Assembly: GCA_044866005.1 (NCBI GenBank)
Contig: JBIOTN010000162.1
Location: 1 to 56,350 of the forward strand
DNA from: Candidatus Rokuibacteriota bacterium
Lineage (GTDB): Bacteria; Methylomirabilota; Methylomirabilia; Rokubacteriales; DASRDR01
DNA: 56,350 nucleotides
Reading direction: 5' to 3'
The position numbers and the translations under genes were made by a program. Numbering within the stretch: the first letter of the stretch is position 1; each line of letters starts with the position of its first letter. The notes under the pieces are model-generated. The model had not been told where the DNA came from, did no database searches, and worked only from the letters and a program-made list of their open reading frames with translations. Positions 1-8,920 of the stretch are shown one piece after another.

Positions 1-69
1 CCCTCGCCGTCCCGGGCGGGGGAGAGCGCGTGACCCCGGCGGGGCGGCGGCCCCGGCGGGACGACGCGG

Positions 70-1179
70 ATGCGTGAGACGGCCCCCGCGCGGCAGACCG
101 GCCGAGCGCCCTATCTCCGGATCGAGGATCTCACCAAGAAATTCGGTAGTTTCACTGCGCTCGCTCGCATCTCGCTGGAGGTCCAGGAGGGCGAGTTCGT
201 CTGCTTCCTGGGTCCCTCGGGGTGCGGCAAGACCACGCTCCTCCGCGCGATCGCGGGCCTCGACATCCAGACGAGCGGCCGGGTGGAGCAGGCCGGGCGC
301 GACATCTCGAGCCTGCCGCCGAGGGAGCGGGACTTCGGGATCGTCTTCCAGTCGTACGCGCTCTTCCCCAACCTCACGGTGTGGAAAAACGTCGCCTACG
401 GGCTGGAGAGCACCCGGGTGTCGAAGGCGGACGTCACGCGGCGCGTCCGCGAGCTCCTCGACCTGGTCGGGCTCGCCGACCAGGGCCACAAGTATCCGGC
501 CCAGCTCTCCGGCGGCCAGCAGCAGCGCGTGGCGCTGGCCCGCGCGCTCGCCACGTCGCCGGGCCTGCTCCTGCTCGACGAGCCGCTGTCGGCCCTCGAC
601 GCCAAGGTGCGCGTCTATCTCCGCCACGAGGTCAGGCAGCTCCAGCGGCGGGTCGGCGTGACGACGATCATGGTCACCCACGATCAGGAGGAGGCGCTGA
701 CCATGGCCGATCGCATCGTGGTGATGAACCACGGCGTCATCGAGCAGATCGGCACGCCGCTCCAGGTCTACCGGGAGCCGGCCTCGCCCTTCGTGGCCGA
801 CTTCGTCGGGCTCATGAACTTCGTCGCGGGGACCGTCGTGGGTCCGGGGACCGTGCGCTGCGGCGAGCTCGAATTCGCGTGCCAGGCGGACGGGCTCGCG
901 CCGGGGACCGCCGTGACCCTGGCCATCCGGCCCGAGGACGTCGTGGTGGGCGCGGAGCCGGGGGCGAACAGTTTCAAGGCGCGCATCGACACGATGGCCT
1001 TTCTCGGTTCGTTCTTCCGCGCCGACCTCGCCGCGGAGGCGATCGGGGCGGGGCGGCTGCGCGCCGAGCTGTCGATCGAGCTGGTGCGGCGGCGGGGCCT
1101 CGCTGAGGGCCATGCCGTCGCCGTGACGATGCCGCAGGAGTGCATCCGCGTCTATCCGGAAGGCGCGGGTCGTGGCTGA
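70..1179 (+). CDS. ABC transporter ATP-binding subunit (PotA/FbpC class, resembles putative 2-aminoethylphosphonate transporter ATPase)
   Basis: Walker A GPSGCGKT, signature LSGGQQQR, Walker B LLLLDEP, C-terminal TOBE-like region. Confidence 0.9.
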   Translation: MRETAPARQTGRAPYLRIEDLTKKFGSFTALARISLEVQEGEFVCFLGPSGCGKTTLLRAIAGLDIQTSGRVEQAGRDISSLPPRERDFGIVFQSYALFPNLTVWKNVAYGLESTRVSKADVTRRVRELLDLVGLADQGHKYPAQLSGGQQQRVALARALATSPGLLLLDEPLSALDAKVRVYLRHEVRQLQRRVGVTTIMVTHDQEEALTMADRIVVMNHGVIEQIGTPLQVYREPASPFVADFVGLMNFVAGTVVGPGTVRCGELEFACQADGLAPGTAVTLAIRPEDVVVGAEPGANSFKARIDTMAFLGSFFRADLAAEAIGAGRLRAELSIELVRRRGLAEGHAVAVTMPQECIRVYPEGAGRG

Positions 1180-2890
1180 CGCCGTCGCCGCCGCGGCCGC
1201 CGCCGAACGGCCGGTCGTTCGGCCCAAGGTCGGCCGGGACGACCTGATCATGCGCGCCTCGATCGGCGTGATCGGGCTCTATCTCGTCGTGACGCTCGCC
1301 CTGCCGCTCGGGGTCATGCTGTCCAAGAGCCTCGAGGACCACGACGGCGCCTTCGTCGGGCTCGCCAACTACGCCCGGTATTTCGCCACCCCGGCCCTCT
1401 CCTACTCGCTCTACAACAGCTTCTACGTCGCGATCGTGAGCACGGTCATCACCGTGCCGCTGGCGTTCGTCTACGCCTACGCGCTCACGCGCAGCTGTCT
1501 GCCCGTGAAGAGCGTGTTCAAGACCATCGCGCTGATCCCCATCCTGGTCCCGTCCATGCTCCCCGGGATCGCGCTGGTCTACCTCTTCGGCAACCAGGGC
1601 ATGATCAAGGGACTGCTGTTCGGCCAGTCGATCTACGGGCCGATCGGGATCATCATGGCCGAGGTCTTCTACACCTTCCCGCACGCCTTCCTGATCCTGG
1701 CCACGGCCCTGGCCCTCACGGACGCCCGGCTCTACGAGGCGGCGATCGCGCTCCGCGCGGGCTTCTGGCGGACCTTCCTCACCGTCACGCTGCCCGGGGC
1801 GCGCTACGGCCTCGTCAGCGCGACCTTCGTCGTGTTGACGCTCGTGATCACCGACTTCGGCGCGCCCAAGGTGATCGGCGGCCAGTACAACGTGCTGGCC
1901 ACGGACGTCTACAAGCACGTCATCGGCCAGCAGAACTTCGCGATGGGCGCGGTGGTGAGCGTGCTCCTGCTCGTTCCGGCCGCGGTCGCCTTCGCCCTCG
2001 ACCGCCTGGCGCGGCGCCGGCAGGTGGCGCTCCTGACGGCGCGTGCCGTGCCGTACGCGCCGAAGCCGGACGTGCGGCTCGACCTCCCCATGCTCGGCTT
2101 CTGCCTCGCGATCGGCGTGTTCCTGGTCGGCATCATCGCCGTCTCGCAGTACGCCGCGCTCGTGCGGTTCTACCCGTACAACCTCAGCCTCGGTCTCTTC
2201 CATTACGACTTCGAGGGGCGGGGCACGGGCGGGTGGGCGCCGTACGGGAACTCCATCCGGCTGGCCGGCTACACGGCCCTGGCGGGCACGGTCATCGTCT
2301 TCGCGGGGGCCTACCTCGTGGAGAAGGCCCGGGGCTTTTTCGCGGGTCGCGCCCTGTTCCAGTTCCTGGCCATGATGCCGATGGCCGTGCCCGGGCTCGT
2401 GCTCGGCCTCGCCTACATCTTCTTCTTCAACGACCCGGGCAACCCGCTGAACCGCCTCTACCGCACCATGGCGCTCCTCGTCGTGAACACGATCGCCCAC
2501 TTCTACACGGTGGCGCACCTGACCGCCCTGACGGCGCTCAAGCAGATGGATCCCGAGTTCGAGACGGTCTCGGCCTCGCTCAAGCAGCCCTTCTACCGGA
2601 CCTTCTGGCGGGTGACGGTCCCGGTGTGCCTCCCGGCGATCCTCGACATCGCCATCTACCTGTTCGTCAACGCCATGACCACGGTCTCGGCCGTGGTGTT
2701 CCTGTGGGGCCCGAACACCGAGCTCGCCTCCGTCGCCGTGATCGACATGGACGACGCCGGGCAGACAGCCGCGGCCGCGGCGATGGCGATGATGATCTTC
2801 TACACGAACGTCGGCGCGCGGGTCCTCCACCTGCTGGGCGCCCGGGCGCTGGAGAGGCGCACCCAGGCCTGGCGGTCTCGCGGCGCGTGA
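1172..2890 (+). CDS. ABC transporter permease with two fused BPD_transp_1 domains (putative 2-aminoethylphosphonate/Fe3+ class)
   Basis: 572-aa hydrophobic protein with two EAA-like loops (LYEAAIALRAG; FETVSASLKQP); overlaps ATPase gene. Confidence 0.88.
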   Translation: MADAVAAAAAAERPVVRPKVGRDDLIMRASIGVIGLYLVVTLALPLGVMLSKSLEDHDGAFVGLANYARYFATPALSYSLYNSFYVAIVSTVITVPLAFVYAYALTRSCLPVKSVFKTIALIPILVPSMLPGIALVYLFGNQGMIKGLLFGQSIYGPIGIIMAEVFYTFPHAFLILATALALTDARLYEAAIALRAGFWRTFLTVTLPGARYGLVSATFVVLTLVITDFGAPKVIGGQYNVLATDVYKHVIGQQNFAMGAVVSVLLLVPAAVAFALDRLARRRQVALLTARAVPYAPKPDVRLDLPMLGFCLAIGVFLVGIIAVSQYAALVRFYPYNLSLGLFHYDFEGRGTGGWAPYGNSIRLAGYTALAGTVIVFAGAYLVEKARGFFAGRALFQFLAMMPMAVPGLVLGLAYIFFFNDPGNPLNRLYRTMALLVVNTIAHFYTVAHLTALTALKQMDPEFETVSASLKQPFYRTFWRVTVPVCLPAILDIAIYLFVNAMTTVSAVVFLWGPNTELASVAVIDMDDAGQTAAAAAMAMMIFYTNVGARVLHLLGARALERRTQAWRSRGA

Positions 2891-4137
2891 CGCTGCCGAC
2901 ACACGCGGAGGTGACGATCGTCGGAGGCGGCGTGCTCGGCTGCGCCGTCGCCTACTTCCTCGCGAAGGCCGGCAAGCGGGACGTGGTGGTCCTGGAGAAG
3001 GACGAGCTGGCGTCGGGGACCACGAGCCAGGCCGCGGGCCTCGTCGGGCAGGTGCGCACCTCCACGGCCCGGGTGCGCATTGCCCGGTTCTCGGTGCGGA
3101 CCTTCGCCGCGCTCGGGGCCGAGACCGGCCACGATCCGGACTTCCGCCAGGTCGGGAGCCTGCGGCTCGCGCTCACCCCCGAGCGCGAAGCCGAGTTCAG
3201 GCAGCTCGTGGCCGTCGGCCGGCGCGAGGGGCTCGAGGTGGACTTCGTCCCGATGGGCGAGGTCGCCCGACGCTTTCCGCTGATCGACGGCTCCCGCATC
3301 CGCGCGGCGATCTGGTGCCCGAGCGACGGGTACGTCCAGCCCTACGGCGTGACGATGGCGTACGCGCAGGGTGCGCGGGCCCTGGGGGTGCGGATCCACA
3401 CGGGCACCCGGGTGTTGGCCCTCGCCTGCCGCCGGGGCGCGGTGAGCGGCGTGCTCACCGATCGGGGAGAGCTTCGGACCGAGACGGCTGTCGTCGCGGC
3501 GGGGCCCTGGGCGGCGCGGCTCGCCGCGACCGCGGGCGTGGCGCTGCCCCTGGTCCCGGTGCGGCATCAGTACTTCGTCACGGAGGCGGTCGCCGGCGTC
3601 GGCCCGGACCTGCCGGTCGTGCGCATCCCGGATCGCCGCCTCTACGTCCGGGCGGAGGTGCGGGGGCTGCTCGTCGGCGGCTTCGAGGCCCACCCGGAGA
3701 GCCTCGACCCGGCGAGCCTGCCCGCCGATTACCGTCGCTTCCCGGTGCCCCCGGACTGGGAGCGGCTCGCCGGCTTCGGGCAGGACGGCATCGACGTGCT
3801 CCCGGCGCTCGCCGACGCGCGGGTCCAGACCACGTTCCAGGGGTACCCGACGTTCACGCCCGACGGACACTTCTGCCTCGGCGAGGTGCCGGGCGTCCGC
3901 GGCCTCGTCATGGCCGCCGGCTGCTGCGCCCACGGGGTGTCCGGGTCGGCCGGGCTGGGCGCGACCGTCGCGGCGGCGATCGTGGGCGAGGAGCCGCTCG
4001 TGGACCTCGGTCCGGTCCGGGCCGCGCGCTTCGCCTCCGGCAATCTGGACTGGGACGGGGCCCGCCGCGCGGCGGAGCGCGCGTACGCCAGCTACTACGC
4101 CATCCATCCGGCGTTCGCCGTCGCGCCGCAAGGGTAG
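2887..4137 (+). CDS. FAD-dependent oxidoreductase, DAO/sarcosine oxidase family
   Basis: GTG overlaps permease stop (GTGA); IVGGGVLG FAD motif, GTTSQAAG, TFTPDG; no GcvT domain. Confidence 0.88.
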   Translation: MTLPTHAEVTIVGGGVLGCAVAYFLAKAGKRDVVVLEKDELASGTTSQAAGLVGQVRTSTARVRIARFSVRTFAALGAETGHDPDFRQVGSLRLALTPEREAEFRQLVAVGRREGLEVDFVPMGEVARRFPLIDGSRIRAAIWCPSDGYVQPYGVTMAYAQGARALGVRIHTGTRVLALACRRGAVSGVLTDRGELRTETAVVAAGPWAARLAATAGVALPLVPVRHQYFVTEAVAGVGPDLPVVRIPDRRLYVRAEVRGLLVGGFEAHPESLDPASLPADYRRFPVPPDWERLAGFGQDGIDVLPALADARVQTTFQGYPTFTPDGHFCLGEVPGVRGLVMAAGCCAHGVSGSAGLGATVAAAIVGEEPLVDLGPVRAARFASGNLDWDGARRAAERAYASYYAIHPAFAVAPQG

Positions 4138-4184
4138 GCGGCGGCGGCACGCAGCGACCCGACCCCGACGACCGAGGCGACGGG

Positions 4185-5525
4185 TCAGGCACCCGCCGGC
4201 GCCCCGTCGCGCGCCTCCCGGGCGGCCCGGCGGACGTCCACGCGCGCCAGCAGGGCCAGGCCGGTCACGAAGAAGACCACGACCGAGAGGATCGCCAGCC
4301 GGTAGCTCCCGCTGAACTGGAGCGTCAGGCCGAAGATCAGCGGCCCCAGCCAGCTCGTCCCTCGTTCGCTCACCTCGTACAGGCTGAAGTACTCCGCCTC
4401 GCGCCCGCGCGGGATCATGACCGAGAAGAGCGACCGGCTCAGGGCCTGGCTGCCGCCCAGCACCACTGCGATCACCGCCGCCAGCGCGAAGAACTGCCGC
4501 TCGGTGCGCAGGATCCCGTAGGCGTACACCACGGCGCCGGTCCAGAGGATGAGGCTTGCCATCACCGCGCGCTTGGCCCCCACGACCCGGGCCAGGTAGC
4601 CGAACGCGAGCGCGCCGGCGAAGGCGACGAACTGGACCATGAGGATCACCTGCGTGAGCGTCGCCATCGGCAGCCCGAGCTCCTCGTGCCCGAACTCGGA
4701 CGACAGGTTGATGACCGTCTGGATGCCGTCGTTGTAGAGCAGGTAGGCGACGAGGAAGAGGAGCGTGTGCGGATAGCGCCCCAGGGTGCGGGCCGTCTGG
4801 CGGAGCTGGGCGAGGCCCACCGCCAGGTGGAACTGGCCCGGCCGGAGCCGCTTGACCGGCTCCCGCCTCCGGAGCGTGGCGAGCGGGATGAGGGTGAAGA
4901 GGCCCCACCAGAGGCCGGCCGAGGCGAGGCTCACGCGGACCGCGTGGCCCGCCGTCAGGCCGACGGCGGCGGCGCGCGAGAACAGGACGAGGTTCAGCGC
5001 CAGCAGGAGGCCGCCCCCCAGGTAGCCGAGCGCCCAGCCGCGGGAGGAGACCGCGTCCCGGTCCTCCGGCGGCGCGATCTCGAGGAGGAAGGCGTTGTAG
5101 ATCACGATCGAGGCGCCGAACGCCACGTTGGCGATGACGAAGAGCACGCCGCCGAGGAGATAGTTCGCCCCGTGAAGGAAGTAGAGGCACGTCGTGGCGG
5201 CGGCGCCGACGTAGGCGGTCAGCGCCAGGAGCGACTTCTTCCGGTGCGAGTAGTCGGCGATCGCGCCGAAGAGCGGGAGCACCAGTACCTGGAGGAGGAC
5301 CGAGAGCGACACGACGTAAGGGAAGAACGAGCCCGCGAAGACCGCCACGCCGAAGGGGTAGACGAAGCCGCGGGCGTCGGCCGCCGCGCGGGTCACGCTG
5401 GTGAGGTAGGGGCCCAGAAAGACGGAGACGACCGTCGTGGTGAAGGCCGAGTTCGCCCAGTCGTAGAAGTACCAGCCGACCCGCTCGAGCCGGTCGGCGC
5501 CGGCCACCGCGTGTCCGCCGGTCAT
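4185..5525 (-). CDS. MFS transporter, UMF1/Atg22 family
   Basis: WYFYDWANSAF N-terminal motif, GGSQALSRSLF, multiple TM segments. Confidence 0.9.
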   Translation of the reverse strand: MTGGHAVAGADRLERVGWYFYDWANSAFTTTVVSVFLGPYLTSVTRAAADARGFVYPFGVAVFAGSFFPYVVSLSVLLQVLVLPLFGAIADYSHRKKSLLALTAYVGAAATTCLYFLHGANYLLGGVLFVIANVAFGASIVIYNAFLLEIAPPEDRDAVSSRGWALGYLGGGLLLALNLVLFSRAAAVGLTAGHAVRVSLASAGLWWGLFTLIPLATLRRREPVKRLRPGQFHLAVGLAQLRQTARTLGRYPHTLLFLVAYLLYNDGIQTVINLSSEFGHEELGLPMATLTQVILMVQFVAFAGALAFGYLARVVGAKRAVMASLILWTGAVVYAYGILRTERQFFALAAVIAVVLGGSQALSRSLFSVMIPRGREAEYFSLYEVSERGTSWLGPLIFGLTLQFSGSYRLAILSVVVFFVTGLALLARVDVRRAAREARDGAPAGA

Positions 5526-5605
5526 GGCGGGAACTGTCGCCCGGCCGCCCGTCCGGGGTCAAGCCCGCCGGCGGCCGGCCGGCCTCGCGGACGACGTCGC
5601 TCGGA

Positions 5606-5839
5606 TTAGGCGGTGCGCTCCTCGCGATCGGCCGGAGGCGGCTCTGGCAGCGCCGCGGCTGGCCGGTCGGCGGCCAGCGGCGCCCGGCGGCGCCGTGTGC
5701 CGGCGCAGTCGTCGTGGCGACAGAGACAGCGGACGCCTGCGGGAATGTCGAGTGTGCTGCACCAGGGGGAGCAGGTGAAGTCCGGGGTCTGGCAAAAGCA
5801 GACCGGGTTCGCGCAGGCCCGGAGGTTCAGCACGGCCAC
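5606..5839 (-). CDS. small Cys-rich metallothionein-like protein (77 aa)
   Basis: GTG start; CANPVCFC-x6-CSPWC-x10-CLCRHDDC, 8 Cys + 1 His in 37 residues. Confidence 0.6.
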   Translation of the reverse strand: MAVLNLRACANPVCFCQTPDFTCSPWCSTLDIPAGVRCLCRHDDCAGTRRRRAPLAADRPAAALPEPPPADREERTA

Positions 5840-6021
5840 GGCCGGCCGTCCTGTCCCACCGCTCCGGCCCGCCGCGAGGTCCCGCGCCGCCGCGCGCGGC
5901 CCTGGCCAGGATACGCCGAGCGACGGGGATACGGCGCCGAAGGACGCGCGCTCGCGCGCGCCACGGGGAGCGTGGCGCAGGCGGGCGGGGGAGCGCTGTC
6001 CAGGAGCGGCGCCAGGGGCAT
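5827..6021 (-). CDS. possible 64-aa low-complexity peptide
   Basis: GGGGAGG RBS upstream of ATG, directly downstream of a near-consensus promoter; no recognisable domain. Confidence 0.3.
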   Translation of the reverse strand: MPLAPLLDSAPPPACATLPVARASARPSAPYPRRSAYPGQGRARRRGTSRRAGAVGQDGRPWPC

Positions 6022-6071
6022 GAGCGGCCTCCCCTGATGGCCAGACTCGGTCGGCTTGCAGGACCAGCGCG

Positions 6072-6100
6072 AGTCTAGGCGCGCCGGCGGAGCCTGTCAA
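6072..6100 (-). promoter_or_regulatory. sigma70-type promoter TTGACA-N17-TAGACT
   Basis: near-consensus -35 and -10 with 17-nt spacer in intergenic DNA. Confidence 0.7.
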
Positions 6101-6143
6101 GGCGTGGCACTCCCGGTCGTGTCGCGGCGCCCGCGCCCGTGGA

Positions 6144-6785
6144 TCAGGGCTGGTGCGCGCCGTGCTCGCCGGTCGCGGGCAGCGCGCGTCGGAGCGTCAG
6201 GGTAACCTCGACGACCTGGGCTTCCTGGATCGCGGCGAGCGCAGCCGGGGGCAGCCGGAGCGTGACATCGCCCTCCCCTGCGGTCTGGACGGTCAGCCGC
6301 CCGCCGGCCGCATCGAGCTTGGTGACCCGGCCGCGGATCGTGTGCCGGGCGAGGAGGGCGCCGCTCGCCTGCGCGAGCGACTTCACGTAGTTCAGCACGT
6401 GCCACCGGTCATCGTGCGACAGGCGCGTCTGGAACGCCGGCATGGCGGTGCCGGGCACGCCCCCGCTCAGCATCCGGAAGAGCTCCGCGTCGGAGTGGTG
6501 CGCCACGGCGTGCTCCGTCAGGTCGAACGGCCTCGGCCGGAGCGACGCGGCGGCCGGGCCGTCGCCCCGTCCGCCGAGGCCGTGACAGGGCGCGCACTCC
6601 TGGCGGAAGATCTCGCGGCCGCGGGCCAGCGACGCCGCGGAGGGCGGAACGGGGGTCCCGGCGGCCGATCCATCGGCGTGGCTCGTGGCGGGGGCCGGGT
6701 GCTGGTCCTGCTGTGACGCGGCCGGGACTGCAAGAAAGATCAGGGCCGCCGCGAGGGCGAGCGGGCTTGCGTGAGGGCTCCGCAT
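6144..6785 (-). CDS. exported monoheme cytochrome c with C-terminal beta-rich domain
   Basis: signal peptide, CAPCHG heme motif, GRGDGPAA, GVPGTAMPAF distal Met. Confidence 0.88.
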   Translation of the reverse strand: MRSPHASPLALAAALIFLAVPAASQQDQHPAPATSHADGSAAGTPVPPSAASLARGREIFRQECAPCHGLGGRGDGPAAASLRPRPFDLTEHAVAHHSDAELFRMLSGGVPGTAMPAFQTRLSHDDRWHVLNYVKSLAQASGALLARHTIRGRVTKLDAAGGRLTVQTAGEGDVTLRLPPAALAAIQEAQVVEVTLTLRRALPATGEHGAHQP

Positions 6786-6944
6786 GGTCCGGCCTCTCGG
6801 CCCAGTGTGCCAGCCTCACCGGCGTCCGGGCGCATCTTTCCGCTGCCGAGGCGGTCAACCGCCGCCAAAACCGGCGCGACTTCGATCCCGGCGAGGCAGG
6901 GGTGCCCGTCGACCGGACAGCCCGGCACGCTGTGGGCGGAGGGG

Positions 6945-7535
6945 CTACTTCACCGCTTCGACGAAGAAGCTCTCGGGCTCCCGGTTGTCGAGCGCCACGA
7001 TCTCCGGATACGGGCTCGTGGACTCGCGGTAGCGGCACCGCGCGACGGCCGTGAAGCCCGCCTTCGCGAGCAGCTCGGCGACGAAGTCGAAGGTCAAGGG
7101 CGTGCGCGTCGACCCGTACCAGATCGCTTGCAGGCAGAGCTTGCCGCCCAGGCTCCGCACCTCGTCGTCCGGGATCAGGAAGTAGTCGCGGTCCCCACGG
7201 GCATACGCCTGGATCGCCCGGTCGAGGTCGGGCAGGCCCAGCCGCAGGACCCCTCGCGGCTTGAGCACGCGCCTGAGCTCTCCGAGCGCGGGCAGGATGT
7301 CCGGGTAGGGCAGATCCTGGAGCGCGTGGATGCTGACGATGTAGTCCAGGCCGTCGCTCGGCAGCGGCAGGCCGTCCCGGATGTCCGCGGGGAGGTCGAT
7401 GCCGGGCCCGCCGCGCCGGTCCGAATTGATCCAGCCGGGCGGTGGATTCGACCCGCAGCCCCAGTTCAGACGCCGGAGGACCGGGGCGTCCGGCGCGCGA
7501 GCGGGATCGTGACGGAGAACCGGCCGAGGATTCAT
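6945..7535 (-). CDS. class I SAM-dependent methyltransferase domain protein
   Basis: LNWGCG motif I, ELRRVLKPRGVL. Confidence 0.8.
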   Translation of the reverse strand: MNPRPVLRHDPARAPDAPVLRRLNWGCGSNPPPGWINSDRRGGPGIDLPADIRDGLPLPSDGLDYIVSIHALQDLPYPDILPALGELRRVLKPRGVLRLGLPDLDRAIQAYARGDRDYFLIPDDEVRSLGGKLCLQAIWYGSTRTPLTFDFVAELLAKAGFTAVARCRYRESTSPYPEIVALDNREPESFFVEAVK

Positions 7536-7539
7536 CGCC

Positions 7540-8799
7540 TCAGCGGCCGCCGGCGACCGGGTGGAGCCGGCCCACGCCGCCCGCCCGCTCGTCGATCGCC
7601 AGACTCACGACCGCGGCCGCGACGAGCTGGAGGCTCGCCACGGTGAACGCCGCGCCGTAGCCGCCGGTCACCTCGAAGAGAAAGCCGCCCAGCCAGGAGC
7701 CGGCGGCGGCGCCGGCCTGGTGGAGGAGGAAGATCGTGCCGAACACCGCGCCGACGGAGAAGCGCCCGAAGAGGTCGGCGGTCAGCGCGGAGGTCATGGC
7801 GAGGCTCCCGGCCATGCTCGCGCCGCCGAGCAACGCGATGGCGAGGAGCGCCGTCGGGCTGTCGTGGACGAGGAAGAGCGCGGCGAAGAGAAGCGCGCGG
7901 GTCGCGTAGAGCCAGGCCAGCACGACGCGGCAGCCGGTCCGGTCCGCGATGACGCCGAGCAGCAGCGCGCCCCCGACGCTCGAGGCGCCGAGCAGCCCGA
8001 GCGCCCACGACGCGAGCATCGGCGGGAAGCCGTGGTCCGTGAGCATGGGCACGCCGTGCGCGGAGAGCAGACTCATGGAGAAGCCGCAGCCGAACATCCC
8101 GCCCGAGAGCTGCCAGAACGGGCGGGTCTGGACGGCCGTCCCCACCTCCGTGCGCTCGGCCGCTCCCGGGACGGGGGCTCCCGGCTCGGCCGGGCCCCCG
8201 TCCGGGAGCAGCCCCATCGCCTCGGGCGATTCCCGGACGACCCAGAGGGCGAGCGGCATGATCGAGAGGAAGATGGCGAGCCCAAAGATGCCGTAGGTCG
8301 CGCGCCAGCCGATCGTCAGGATGAGCCACATGGCGGCCGGCACGAGGAGGCTCATGCCGGCCATCGAGGCGCCGCCGATCACCGACAGCGCGGTCGCGCG
8401 ACGGCGCGTGAACCACCGGGCGACCACGGCGGAGGCCACCACGTGCCCCGTCGCCGCGAGCCCCATCGCCACCGTGACGCCGTAGACGAGGTAGTACTGC
8501 CAGAGGCGCGTGACGAGCCCGGTCGCGCCGACCGAGCCGGCCAGCAGGAGCGTCCCCGCCACCATGACGGGACGCGCGCCGAAGCGGTCCACCAGCCGCC
8601 CGACGAACGGCATGAACACGCCGTAGAGGAAAAGGCTCAGCGAGACGACGAGCGAGAAGCTCGCCCGGTCGATACCCAGGTCCGCGACGACGGGCTTGAG
8701 GAAGGGGCCGACCGTGAACCGGATGCCGGTCGAGAGGAACACCATGAGAGCGAAGGCGAGCGTGACCCACCACCCGAAGAAGACGCGGGGCGCCGGCAT
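7540..8799 (-). CDS. MFS transporter
   Basis: GRLVDRFGAR motif A, ARWFTRRRATA, hydrophobic 419 aa. Confidence 0.9.
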   Translation of the reverse strand: MPAPRVFFGWWVTLAFALMVFLSTGIRFTVGPFLKPVVADLGIDRASFSLVVSLSLFLYGVFMPFVGRLVDRFGARPVMVAGTLLLAGSVGATGLVTRLWQYYLVYGVTVAMGLAATGHVVASAVVARWFTRRRATALSVIGGASMAGMSLLVPAAMWLILTIGWRATYGIFGLAIFLSIMPLALWVVRESPEAMGLLPDGGPAEPGAPVPGAAERTEVGTAVQTRPFWQLSGGMFGCGFSMSLLSAHGVPMLTDHGFPPMLASWALGLLGASSVGGALLLGVIADRTGCRVVLAWLYATRALLFAALFLVHDSPTALLAIALLGGASMAGSLAMTSALTADLFGRFSVGAVFGTIFLLHQAGAAAGSWLGGFLFEVTGGYGAAFTVASLQLVAAAVVSLAIDERAGGVGRLHPVAGGR

Positions 8800-8807
8800 C
8801 TTCGGTC

Positions 8808-8914
8808 ATGATAGCCGACGGAGCGCCCCGACGACAATCGGTCCGCCGCCGCGCCACGGGCGGGTCGGCCCCAGGCGGGGCCCGGTTGGCCGATTGCCGG
8901 CGGCAGGCTATGCT
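8808..8914. promoter_or_regulatory. back-to-back promoters (minus: TTGTCG-N18-TATCAT; plus: TTGGCC-N17-TATGCT), probably leaderless
   Basis: -10 hexamers lie 8 and 6 nt from the ATGs at 8799 and 8921; no SD. Confidence 0.55.
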
Positions 8915-8920
8915 GGCGTG

